Source: Eledone cirrhosa (taxonomy: Eukaryota). From it: a stretch of DNA of 64,000 nt. Each line of letters begins with the position of its first letter. The stretch's first letter is position 1. The stretch covers positions 17,484,001-17,548,000 of the forward strand of contig OZ024759.1 of assembly GCA_964016885.1 (NCBI GenBank). Direction: 5' to 3'. The position numbers and the translations under genes were made by a program. The notes below the pieces were generated by a model. That model ran no database searches and was not told where the DNA came from. It saw only the letters and a list, made by a program, of their open reading frames with translations. Shown piece by piece: positions 28,651 to 41,901 of this stretch.

Positions 28651-29547
28651 CCAATAATGTAATGGTAGTGATGAAGGTGATGAAGGTGATATTGACAATA
28701 ATTATGATAACACTAATAATAGTAAATAGTGATGATGATGATGATGATATAATTAATTATGAAAAATAAATAAATAAATAACAATAATAATAATGATAAT
28801 AGTAATAATAATGATCCAGTGTAATCTTCATGGTATTATTTTTTTCACCTATTTTCATACTAGCTGTCTGAGTTAATTAAGTTTGTTAATTAAGGGCTTA
28901 ACAAAGCTGAAGACAGAAAGCTGTACCCAGCATCTGACAAAGCTCAGTTTCTTCTTGTAAAAAAAGAGTTGTTTTTATTTCATTTATTGTGATAATAGTT
29001 TGTTACATTGGTTAGAGGAAAAAAAATCCAATAAAAAAACTCATGAATAACAATGTATGGAGAGAGAGTATCTTAATGTTAAAAAAACTACCAGGTTTTC
29101 TATTGAACTAATTATTACTGATTACTATTGTTAAATACTTGGCTCCAGTTAAATTGAAATGGGATTTTCAGCTCTTTTTTATTTTTTTATCTTATACATT
29201 GGATTGAGCAAAATCCAATTATAAAGACCCCAAAGTAAGCTCGAATATCACTACTCCAATGATAGAGATTTAGATGATGGAGGGGAACATTCATTTGTGT
29301 GTGGAAGCCCAGTTGCAGGCTTCCTTGAGGTTCCAGCTGATAACATGGAGAAAACACATGTTGGGATAGCAGGTAGACTTCTCTGCTACAATAGTAGTCA
29401 CTAGGGAGGTTATCCAGGGACCAAGAATGCTGGAATTATCCACTGATAATACTTATTGATAATACTTTAAGGAACCCATGTCATGCAGTGCTTTACATCT
29501 ATTTACACTCCTGTTGATCAAACAGCGAGTTGAACTTGGAAAATATG

Positions 29548-29928
29548 ATTCACATTTGAATGAGAGAGAGAGAGAGTGGGATAGTGTGATAGCTAGAGAA
29601 ACTTATGGTGGTATAGATAGATATATAGATAGATAGTGTGTATTTGTGTGTGTTGATTCACATTTGAATGAGAGAAAGTGGGATAGTGTGATAGCTAGAG
29701 AAACTTATGGTGGTATATATATATATAGATATATGGTGTGTATTTGTGTGTTGATCCACATTTGAATGAGAGAAAGTGGGATAGTGTGATAGCTAGAAAA
29801 ACTTATGGTGGTATAGATAGATATATATATAGATAGATAGTGTGTATTTGTGTGTGTTGATTCACATTTGAATGAGAGAAAGTGGGATAGTGTGATAGCT
29901 AGAGAAACTTATGGTGGTATAGATAGAT
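29548..29928. repeat. ~100-bp tandem repeat, 4 units with variable microsatellite spacer
   Basis: GATTCACATTTGAATGAGAGA(A)AGTGGGATAGTGTGATAGCTAGAGAAACTTATGGTGGTATA repeated. Confidence 0.9.
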
Positions 29929-30271
29929 AGCAAAAGATAGAAAGTACTACAAGATATTTCAGTGCTTGGCCTTACAATGTTTGATGTAACATTTAAATAA
30001 CATTTCTAAACTAAACTAGGTATTGAAAAAAAACTCCCAACTCCACCAATTCCACCATCTTCATATTCTAATACTCTAGCACTTTACTATTGTTAATGTC
30101 AAACTCTCATTTTCTAATCTATAATTAAATATCTATTTTGATGAATTTTGTATCACAAGGATAATGTGGAAAAAGATCTGTGTACACACACATACACACA
30201 TACACACACAAGCGCACACAATATATTTCATCATCACCATCATTTAACGTTTGCTTTCCATTGCTATATTA

Positions 30272-31659
<1,388 letters not shown>

Positions 31660-33475
31660 CATCATCATCATCATCATCAGCGTTTAACGTCCGTGTTCCA
31701 CGCTTGCATGGGTTTGGACGGGGGTAGTCCCACTTGAGGCAAGAGTGATTGTCTTGCTCGCATAGGACTGTCTGGCAGGTTTTCTACAGTTGGATGCCCT
31801 TCCTAACACCAACCACATTTACAGTGTGGGTCTGGGAGGTTTTTACCGTGTTGCCTACACGGCCACATTACAGCGTGGACTGTGTGTTTTTTTGTCGTGA
31901 CACCTACACGATCTCATTTGTTTCGGCCTCGATGGCGCGGCACCAACATAACTTTACATAGAACGGGGTGGTGTGGATCGGGTGGGGGTGGTGGGACGGG
32001 GTGTATTTGTTAGAGATGCCTACTGGCTGGAGTAGGTTTTACTATATATTTAGGTAAGGCGGGTCTTCTCTGTTACTGAGTACCGCCAAAGGTCTCGGTC
32101 CAGTGACATTGTCTTGGAGAGGTGTAAGTGTGTGATGTCGGAGTTTATCAGCTCGTCCCAGGTTTTTCTAGGTCTGCCTATTCCGTGACTACCGTCTATC
32201 TTTATTGCCCTGCACTTTGTTATACAGCTATCGACTTTCATGCGCATCACGTGTCCATACCAACGTAGCCTTCTCTCGAGTAAACAACATCTGATCCCTC
32301 TTATCTCTAATTTATTCCTTAGTTCGTTTATGCTTTGCCGTTCACGTATATTACTGTTACACATCCAGCGGAGCATGCAAGCTTCGTTCCTCTCTAGTCT
32401 GCGTATATCCTCTGCACACAATGCCCAGGTCTCACTGCCATGCAGCATTGCTGTTCGTATGCAGGCATCGTACAACCTGCCTTTCATTTTTAGTGAGAAC
32501 CCTTTAGCAGCTAATAGTGGTATAAGCTCTCTGAACTTTTTCCAACCAGTTCTGACTCTAGCTACAGTACTTTCAGAGCACCCTCCCCCACTGCTGATTT
32601 TATCGCCCAGGTAACGGAAGCTGTCCACTATTTCTATAGAACCCTCTGCGCAATTGAAAGAGCTAGTAGTTTGTGGGCACTTGCTGCTACTTATTGCACC
32701 AGAGCACCGGCCACATGTAAAATCTATGTTCTTAGTTAGCCTACCTGTGATCCCACTACATCTTTTATGCACCCATACTTTGCATTTAGGACATAAAATG
32801 GAGTTTCTACCTACGCCTTTCCTACACACCGAGCACGACCATTTCCCAGAAGGGACCGCCGCCTTGTTTTCTTTCCTACAAACTAGTACTTTGGTCTTAG
32901 CCAGGTTAATTTTAAGTCCTTTTGACTCTAGGCCGTGCTTCCATGTTTGGAATTTCTTCTCTAGCTCGGCCATTGATTCCGCTATGAGTGTCAGGTCGTC
33001 TGCGTATAGGAGTTCCCATGGGCAGCCTGTCTTGAACTCCTCTGTTATGGCCTGAAGGGCAATAATAAATAGTAGTGGACTGAGAACAGAGCCCTGATGG
33101 ACGCCGACTTTTACGCTAAACTCTTCACTATATTCGTTGTTAATTCTAACCTTGCTGACTGTTTCTTTATACATGGCTTGTATAGCCCTCACAAGCCATT
33201 CGTCAACGCCTAGTTTTCTAAGAGCCCACCAGATAATGGAGCGGGGGACTCTGTCGAAGGCTTTCTCCAAGTCGACAAAAGCTAAGTAGAGGGGTTTACC
33301 TTTAGCTAGGTACTTCTCTTGTAGTTGTCGTACTATGAAAAGAGCGTCTGTGGTACTTTTGCCTGACACAAACCCGAACTGCATTTCATCTAGGTCAATT
33401 CTCTCTCTGATTAGTTGCGCTATTACTCTTTCCAGGTCAATTCTCTCTCTGATTAGTTGCGCTATTACTCTTTCC
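31660..33475 (-). mobile_element. Young 5'-truncated RTE LINE with 3' UTR and (TGA)n tail, inserted in a (TA)n field
   Basis: ORF above, then 3' UTR ending ...ggacgttaaacgctgatgatgat on the minus strand. Both flanks are TA microsatellite. Confidence 0.9.
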
Positions 33476-33477
33476 AT
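32050..33477 (-). CDS. RTE-clade non-LTR retrotransposon ORF, 5'-truncated (RT domain, PHD-like finger insert, C-terminal region)
   Basis: Open 475-aa frame with RT motifs QFGF..GKSTTDA, AFVDLEKAFD, GVHQGSVLSPLLF, LLYADD and FRYLG, plus RTE-type C-terminal motifs MLHGSETW, RRLRWYGHV and GRPRKTW. The endonuclease domain is missing and the initial Met comes from the flanking (TA)n. Confidence 0.93.
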   Translation of the reverse strand: MERVIAQLIRERIDLERVIAQLIRERIDLDEMQFGFVSGKSTTDALFIVRQLQEKYLAKGKPLYLAFVDLEKAFDRVPRSIIWWALRKLGVDEWLVRAIQAMYKETVSKVRINNEYSEEFSVKVGVHQGSVLSPLLFIIALQAITEEFKTGCPWELLYADDLTLIAESMAELEKKFQTWKHGLESKGLKINLAKTKVLVCRKENKAAVPSGKWSCSVCRKGVGRNSILCPKCKVWVHKRCSGITGRLTKNIDFTCGRCSGAISSSKCPQTTSSFNCAEGSIEIVDSFRYLGDKISSGGGCSESTVARVRTGWKKFRELIPLLAAKGFSLKMKGRLYDACIRTAMLHGSETWALCAEDIRRLERNEACMLRWMCNSNIRERQSINELRNKLEIRGIRCCLLERRLRWYGHVMRMKVDSCITKCRAIKIDGSHGIGRPRKTWDELINSDITHLHLSKTMSLDRDLWRYSVTEKTRLT

Positions 33478-33506
33478 ATATATATATATATATTCATATA
33501 TATATA

Positions 33507-33544
<38 letters not shown>

Positions 33545-33597
33545 ATAGAAAAATGAGAAAGTTTAGTTTACATATGAAAAATATATATTGTGTATCA

Positions 33598-33688
33598 ACC
33601 TGTCACGTGCGTTTCATAGACGATTGGCTCAAGGTAACTCGTTGGAGTAATGGACCTGGCTCCAGTGTCAATCAGCTCATCAAACTGG
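33598..33688 (-). ncRNA. Decayed hammerhead, same family as 36721
   Basis: TTGATGA-GCTGATTG...accttgagccaatc..GAAAC-GCAC-GTG (cleavage triplet mutated). Confidence 0.45.
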
Positions 33689-33700
33689 TGATGTGACCAA

Positions 33701-33732
<32 letters not shown>

Positions 33733-34509
33733 ACACACACATATATATATACACATACATATATAAGTATATATACACACACATACATATTATATACACA
33801 TTTTCATCGTCATTTCAAGTACACTTCAACTGCCATCACATATGTATAAATACCCCTCCAAATACATATATACATACACACATATATATATACAAATATA
33901 TACACACACATACATGCATACAAACACATATACACACACATTCATATATATATATATATATATATCCATACAAGCACACACACACATATATACATATATA
34001 CACATACATATATATATATAATATATATGTATATACATACATGCATGCATACAATCACACACACCTACACACAGCATACACATTACAAATTTTGAAAGTT
34101 GGAAGCATCGTTTTGATGTACTTTTAGAAATATTATGTATTTAGTAGTTACACTTCTTCTAGAACCTTCTACTCCATTTCTCAACAACACCACTCCACCA
34201 TTTTCTCTACAAACCAACTCCTATATTTTTAGACTTCAATAGGCCATAGTATGAATATATATTAAATGGATGGTGTGGCAGGGTGGAGTGGGGGGAAATG
34301 ATACATAAAGATGTCTTAATAATACACATGTACGCTGTGTACATATATATACACATACATACATTTACAGACAGACATACATACATCTATATATCTATTA
34401 CATCATGTGATGATTCTGTTAAAGGTATGTTTAGTCCGAGTTAAATATACCCCTTATGTATTGGTAAATACTATATCATTACAGACATATATATGTATAT
34501 ATGTGTGTG

Positions 34510-34553
<44 letters not shown>

Positions 34554-34745
34554 TATGTATACATTTTTCATTTCATTTCATTTTACGTCCGCTTTTTCCC
34601 TGCTTGCAAGGGTGGGACGGTAACTGTACGTACATACATATATGTATACAGATGTACAGTAGTATGTATATATATATATACATACATGCACACATATATA
34701 TATGTACGTATTGATTGAGAAATGAAATTTCGTTTCATTTTTTCT

Positions 34746-34799
<54 letters not shown>

Positions 34800-34969
34800 C
34801 CATATATATATATATGTGTATATGTTTACATGTATATGTATGTGTGTGGGCATGTGTGTATATTTATGTACAATATAGTAATATGTCATTATTAATGTGT
34901 TTCAAGTAATTAATTTTCAACCACAAGTAGTATATTATATGGAGTTTAAATGACAGACCAGATAATAAT

Positions 34970-35150
34970 TGTTTCTACACTTGGCACAAGGCCATCAATT
35001 ACCCAGTACATTACTGGTACTTTATTTTATCGACCCCATAAGGATGAAAGGCAAAGTTAACCTCGACGGATTTGAACTTAGACAGTAAAGGGACGTAACT
35101 ATGCTAGAAAGCATGGCGTCCGACCCTCTACCGATACTGCCAATTCACCG
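34970..35150 (-). mobile_element. SINE copy with 17-bp TSD; further copies at 3137, 10567, 10645, 23594(+), 38581, 38821, 38895, 42020, 44793(+), 45286, 54955, 55255 and 63970
   Basis: TSD ACAGACCAGATAATAAT on both sides. The 44793 copy has TSD TTATTTTAAGATTTACT. Confidence 0.88.
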
Positions 35151-35700
35151 ACAGACCAGATAATAATAACATGGTATATGCTTGAACTGTTACCCTTGAG
35201 GTTTCAATATATTTATGTACATTTGAAGATCTTATTCATTTATTAAATATATACTTAAACACACAAACATAAATACATGCATACATAAACACAGACGCAT
35301 ATGTATGTACGTAGATATATCAATCCCCATAATAATTAGAAGGGAAAACTCCAGCACCCTATGCTGCTCCACTTTTCTCTTTTACTATTCCACCCTTGCC
35401 TGAGTGTTAGACCCCTAGTTCTTGTTAGGTCATCATTGTAAGAGATGGAAAACTCTGATGTAAAACCTGTTAGTTGATGGCAGCCAATGATGTTGATCTG
35501 TCCTTGTTTGTGGAGACTTGTCACTATTGTTCAGAGAGTAGGACTAGTCCAGTGCAAGGACTCTCTTCACGTAAAAAAGCTTCATGTACAGGTTTCACTT
35601 GACTATATATATATATATATATATATATGAAGAAAAATATATTTTTTCCTTTTTTTTTTATTTCTCTCTCTTTTTTCTGGGTTAGAAAATGATTAAAACG

Positions 35701-35743
<43 letters not shown>

Positions 35744-35747
<4 letters not shown>

Positions 35748-35796
35748 TTCTACAGGACTAGAACTGTTTCATTCTTTAGAAATCATCAGGAATCTC
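35744..35796 (-). ncRNA. Type I hammerhead ribozyme, family with U.U at the base of helix II
   Basis: GAGATTC-CTGATGA-TTTC taaa GAAT-GAAA-CAG ttctagtc CTG-TA-GAATCTC. Perfect 7-bp helix I, helix III ACAG/CTGT, GUA site. An inverted copy at 35797-35842 has a broken helix I. Confidence 0.72.
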
Positions 35797-36104
35797 CTGA
35801 TGATTTCTAAAGAATGAAACAGTTCTAGTCCTGTATAATCTCATCTATATTAAAACTTTTATACTCTGCAATGTATTGAGTACCTTACATACTGTGGTTA
35901 CCTCCGATTCAACCCGGAATAACGTACCTATATATATATATATATATATATACAATACATACATATTTGTATTTTGGACTATGTATCCAATGAATTATAT
36001 CGTTGAAATTTTGTATTTTAAACTTTGCTTCACAACATCTTCTACATATGGATTACATTGAGTTCTTCATACGGCTTAGACCCTACCATTAATTGGTGGA
36101 TTTA

Positions 36105-36172
<68 letters not shown>

Positions 36173-36274
36173 CATGCATATATGCTGTTGTAAAAGTTTG
36201 GTAGAAATATCCAAGAGTAACAGCACTCAGTCCATAGGACGAGTTTAGTATAAATAATTACATCAGTGACATAA

Positions 36275-36324
36275 ACAGGTACTTAAGTTCCATTGAGTTC
36301 TGGACCCCAACTCAATCAGCCCGT
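36275..36324 (-). ncRNA. Hammerhead variant with 8-nt core (CUGAUUGA), inverted partner at 36361-36415
   Basis: ACGGG-CTGATTGA-GTTGGG gtccagaa CTCAAT-GGAAC-TTAA-GTA-CCTGT. The partner has CTGAATGA and a perfect GTTGGG/CCCAAC helix II. Each copy carries a different lesion in GAAA. Confidence 0.55.
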
Positions 36325-36434
36325 CATAAGAAAAATTAAAATCCTTTTCTTTTTCTTATGACAGGCTGAATGAGTTGGGGTCCAGAACCCAACAAAACTG
36401 TCTCTATGTAACTGTTTATGTCACTGTTGAAATT

Positions 36435-36470
<36 letters not shown>

Positions 36471-36720
36471 AAACAAATTTAATATAGAAATGGCTTCTAC
36501 AGGACTAGAACTGTTTCATTCGAAGGAAATTATTAGGAAAGCCCTAATTTGTTGTATACATTCTAGTAAAATATTGAGTACCTTACTTATTGTGGTAACC
36601 CCCGATTGAACCCTGGGCACACACATACATATATATATATATGTATATATATGTGTAGGATATTCAGTATCAATAATTTAATGGTTGCCTTATAAATGAA
36701 AATATTTTGCTTTGATTCCT

Positions 36721-36811
36721 CAGACCTGATGAGCAGATCAGTACTGGAGTTAGGTCTATCACATTGATAAAGACCTTGAGCCAATCAACTGTGAAACATA
36801 TGTAATGTTTG
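36721..36811 (+). ncRNA. Type I hammerhead motif, long-helix-II family
   Basis: CTGATGA-GCAG...accttgagccaatc..CTGT-GAAAC-ATAT-GTA with palindromic helix III ACATATGT. Relatives at 648-733, 33598-33688, ~24240 and ~24400 (all minus). Confidence 0.65.
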
Positions 36812-36866
36812 ATATACAATAAAAATATGTTATGTCGTACATAATATATATATATAACAGATTAAA

Positions 36867-36917
36867 AGTTTAAACAGAGAATCTTTGCTTTCACCATTTC
36901 GAACATCATCAGAAACT
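36867..36917 (-). ncRNA. Hammerhead motif, relative at 23533-23583 (minus)
   Basis: AGTTT-CTGATGA-tgttcgaaatggt-GAAA-GCA..TGT-TT-AAACT. Helix I is perfect and helix II is weak. Confidence 0.5.
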
Positions 36918-38009
36918 GATATCTATCTATAAATCTCTGCAATTATGCTATGTAAAGTGAGATGAGTAGTTTGACTACCTCATACTACTCCTCTCTCTCT
37001 TTACAACAAAAACAGGGTGCTGCTACCACTGTTGTTATGACTAGCTCATACTACTCCTCTCTTTACAATAAAAACAGGGTGCTGCTACCACTGTTGTTAT
37101 TTGGTCTTATAAACTTAGTATCTATTATCATTACACACACACACTCTCTCTCTCACACACACTGACACACACACACTCACACACACTGAGACACCCACAC
37201 ACACACTCACACACACTGAGACACACACACACACTCACACACACTGAGACACACACACACACTCACACTCACTGAGACACACACACACACTCACACTCAC
37301 TGAGACACACACACTCACACTCACTGAGACACACACACACTCTCTCTGTCTCTCTCTCACACACACACACAATTTTTGTCATTGTTTCTCTGGGTTTTCC
37401 AAGCTGGTATGGTTTGGATAGGACTTTCTGGGGCATTGTCTAATGGCTGTAGGCCATTCCTTGGTGGCACTCCTTTTTGGCTGCTGCTTACAACAAGCAA
37501 AAGTATAGTGTTCCTAATCTAACATTTGTGTTTCTCTGTCTCTATGTGTGTGAATATATATATCATCATCATCATACCTTCATTTTACGTCCGCTTTTCC
37601 CTGCTTGCAAGGGTGGGACGGGAACTGATTCTGGCTTGATTTCTACAGCTGGATGCCGTTCCTAACACCAACCTCATTTACAGTGAGTGCTGGGTCCCTA
37701 TCATTCCCTATCATTCTGGGGTATATATATATATATATATAATATATATATTGAGCTTTGTTTAACTTCACCTATCTTTATAATTTTTTATATTGTTTTT
37801 GTAAAAAAACGATATCTATTTCATATATATATATATAGTGGTAAAAAAACTCTCAGGAGAGATGGACAGCAGAAGGTCTTCATATATATATATCCAAATA
37901 TATATATATGTGATTAAGAATGTTTTAGATAGCTGGTACAATTCAAATAGGAACAATAATGATGGATCTAAAGGAGAGTAAAGAATGACAAAACAAAGCA
38001 ATTGTTGTT

Positions 38010-38290
38010 AGTCTATATTTCATAATATTTTGAGGTGAAAAACCTTTTATCAAATGAAGAGAAATCAAGAAAAATCAGTCTCTTGTTATTCTTTGTTGTG
38101 TGACTGACTGTTGGTGGAAGTAGTTCTGCAGAAAGGTGACCTGTGCTGACCAGTTGCAGTAGACAGTTGGTTCCATGTTGCTCAGATCTGTTGTTAACAC
38201 TAGATTTATACCTGTTGATGAGAAGGGCTTCTGAAGTTTTTTTGGTGAATATATTTGAGGTTGAGATCAAGTGAGAGAAGAGAAATTGAA
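38010..38290 (-). mobile_element. Penelope-like element 3' fragment (endonuclease C-terminus with decayed HHR-like motif)
   Basis: KKTSEALLINRYKSSVNNRSE resembles the GIY-YIG C-terminal EALLI...LN motif. Downstream TTGATAA-AAGG...CCTC-AAAA-TATTA looks like a decayed hammerhead. Confidence 0.55.
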
Positions 38291-39385
38291 ATTGAAAATG
38301 ATGAGGAAGCAATGTTTTACGAAAAGGAAAACAAAACATAAAACATACATTAGTAAGTAAAGATGTGAGTCAGATGTCAGATGTGCTAGGTAAAAAGTTT
38401 CATTGAGAAAACACTCAAAACACTCACAGTAATAGTAATGACAATAATAATAATAATGATTTCATTTATTAGCCACAAGACCCGACATGTAGGGGACAAT
38501 ACAAAGACAGGGACAGTGGGGGTTGACAATAAGGTCGAGTAAAAGTGCATAATGGCAAGACTAATAATGATAATAATAATAATTGTTTGTTCTTTTGACA
38601 TAAGACCTGTAATTTGAAGGGAAAGGGAAAGTTGATTAAATTGACCTCAGTGTATTACTGGTACTTTAATTTATCAACCCCCATAAGGATAAAAGGCAAA
38701 GCTAACCTTGGCGGGATTTGAACTCAGAATGTAAAGGGCCGTAACTAAATACTGCAAAGCATTTTATCCGATGCTCTACTGCTTCTGCCAATCCACCGCC
38801 CTCTTCATAATAATAATGATAATTATTTCTACTTTTGGCACAAGGCCAGCAATTACCCCAGTACACTACTGGTACTTTAATAATAATAATAATTCTTTCT
38901 ATCATTGGCACAAGGCCACAAATTTAGAGGAAAGGAAAGGTGGTTGTATCGACCGCAGTATTTAACTGGTACTTTATTTTATCAACCATGGAAGGATGAA
39001 AGGCAAAGCTCACCTAGTTGTGATTTGAATTCAGAATGTAAATGGTCATAACTAAATGCCACAAAGCATTTTGTTGGACACTAACGATTCTGCCAATCCA
39101 CCACCATGCTGGGAATTATAATAATAGTTTATAACATAGATATTGTTTGATAGCATGTTACCATGTAATCAATAAAAAAAAATCACAGAATATATACAGT
39201 ATATATAAAACAAAATTTAATATAGAAATATTGTTGTATACACTCTACTAATGTATTGAGTACCTTACTTACTGTGGTTACCCCCAATTGAACCTGGGAC
39301 TCTTATACACGCACACACATAAACACACATATTTATACATATACACACACACATATATATATATACATATACACACATACACACA

Positions 39386-39432
<47 letters not shown>

Positions 39433-39444
39433 ATACATATATAT

Positions 39445-39965
39445 AGCTAACCTCAGTCTCCTCCGTGTCACTTTTGAGCTGACTTTTGGGAGGCTCCCAT
39501 ACAGCTCTGAGTTTTTCATCCTCAGTGTATACTGATTAATGTTCAGAGCCATCCTCAGCATTCTCATGTAGCACCCATCCACCATCTGAGTGAGTTTCTT
39601 GGTCAGTCTCCAAGTCTCAGACCCGTACAGCAGCACAGATTCCACTACAGCAATGAAGTGGCGGATTTTCAGGTCTTTACGAAGGTCCGACTTCCACACC
39701 GATCTCAAGCTGTGGCACACTGCCCAGGCCTTGCTCTTCCTCTCTACCACATCATCTTCCGTATTCCGTATTCAGAGGAGACTGAGGTCAGCTGGACATG
39801 CTCACCGACATCCAGAGTTGACATTGCACTCAGTGCTCTTGGGGGAGCCCTACATGGACACACTGGAAGAGGAAGACCAAGGTTAACGTATGTTGATGCT
39901 CTAAGGACAGACACTGGTCTGTTGGAGACACAGGACATGGCAGCGATAATGACGGACAGAGACCA
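39445..39965. mobile_element. RTE LINE 3' fragment with 5' inversion
   Basis: Minus segment 39445-39765 encodes ESVLLYGSETW...RRRLRLA. Plus segment 39773-39965 continues RRLRSAGHAHRH...GRGRPRLTYVD. Confidence 0.85.
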
Positions 39966-41680
39966 CTTTATATGTATATTTACATATATAATGCATGTGT
40001 GTGTGAATATTAATATGTATGTATGTGTGTGTGTGTATTAATGTGTGTGTGTGTGTGTATTCCTGGCAAGAACTGTGGATTTGCAGGTGAGGTGAATTAA
40101 CAAATGAATTTTTAAAAAAGAAAAAAAGAATTCAAATTACCCATAAATTTGTGTACAATTCATACCTATATATCGAAACACATATATACATATATAGACT
40201 CAGACACACACACACACATAGGAAAGTACAAATATACATACACATGACCATACACAACACACACACACATTCTCAGACACGCACAAATGCATATTTAAAC
40301 ACACACATACATTATATATATATATATATATATATATAAATATATATATGTACACACATATACACACATACGTATATGGCAATCCTAAAGTGTGGCTGCA
40401 ACATTTAAAACTTACACACATACATATATTTCCAAGCACACACATATATATATATTTCTACACATTCAGATACACACATACATACACACATTATACTTGC
40501 ACACCTACTTACATACATTATACACACACACACACACATATATATGCATACACACAAATACAAACGCTCATATACACATATTACTTTCACACCTACTTAC
40601 ATAGATATGTATACACACACACACATGCATACACACGCATATTTGCATAAGACACAAATACAAACACATATACTAACTCATACATGTATGGTAATCCCAA
40701 AGTTTTGGTTGCAAAATCTAAAACTTAAATGGATATTATGAAGTTGTAAATATTTAATCTATTGAAATTGTGTTTTATATCAGCAATTATTTGGTTAGAA
40801 AAGGAATTATAAAAGAAAAAAAAATGTCCCAAATATTATTAACGACAATGTTTATGGAATGTCTTTTTTGTGCCATTTCCATATTTTCTTCTTGGGTTCA
40901 TTATCTCAATTTTGAAAGGATTTACCTACTGATCAATTAATATTAATGTTACAAAAATGATATTTCTCATTTTAAATTTGTTCTATTTCAACCATTGTTT
41001 TTTGTTGGATTTTTTTTTTTTTTTTGCACCAAGAACAGTTTTTTTTTTGTAATATTATTTATAATTTGTTTTTTTTTTTATAAAAAAAAAAATACAAAAA
41101 AAAAAAAATAACAAGCATGTTTACTGTTTTTAGTGAGGGAGGGAAGAGCAATGTTTAATGCAGCATTTCAGCTCCTATGAGATTGATGAAAGAGAGGGAG
41201 GAAAAAATCAAATGTTTTCAAACTAGAGACTGGCTCTGAATGCTTGCAGTAGATCAGTAGAGTGAACTCCATTGAAGGCACCCAAGGGCCAGGTGGTAAG
41301 TGTTATGTATGTATGGATGGATTTGTAACTCTTGGAGGAGTCATAGGGGCACCTTAGTGACATACAGTATGTTTTGGGGGCATTTTAAACCTGGCAGAGC
41401 CCATCCCCTCATTAGGATTCAATATGGCTGATTTCTTCTAGAGATGGAGTGAAAGTGATAGAGTGGAAGTGAGAAAGAGATATAGAAGAATCGTCACCTG
41501 TACTAGACTGCTACTTTTTTTATCAATTTGAATAGAATGAAAGGCAAAGTTGATCTCAGCAGGATTTGAACTCAGAGCACAGAACTGGAATGTATACAAC
41601 AAAAAAGCATTCTATCTGATGTTCTAACAACTCCAATAATTTGCCGTCTAATTGTAGTGTTAAACCAGGTGACAGGTTAA

Positions 41681-41901
41681 CCCTTTAACATTTAAACCAG
41701 CCATATCCAGCCAGAATTCTCTCACCTCTTTCTGTTCAAACTGGCCGTAACCAGCAGATCATACTGATGTTAAGGTATTGTTTTCAAAATAAATAATATC
41801 AAAATCTCATAGATTTGTTATTATGCGAGATAATTATGTGAGATGAAGCCTTTGCGGTGAAAATATGATAGTATATATAGAGTAATTGAAATGCTAAAGG
41901 G
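41681..41901. mobile_element. piggyBac-type MITE (~220 bp); copies at 12076-12295 and 51455-51673, partial at 11897-11993
   Basis: TTAA-CCCTTTAACATT...AATGCTAAAGGG-TTAA, giving a TTAA TSD and CCC/GGG ends. Confidence 0.88.
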
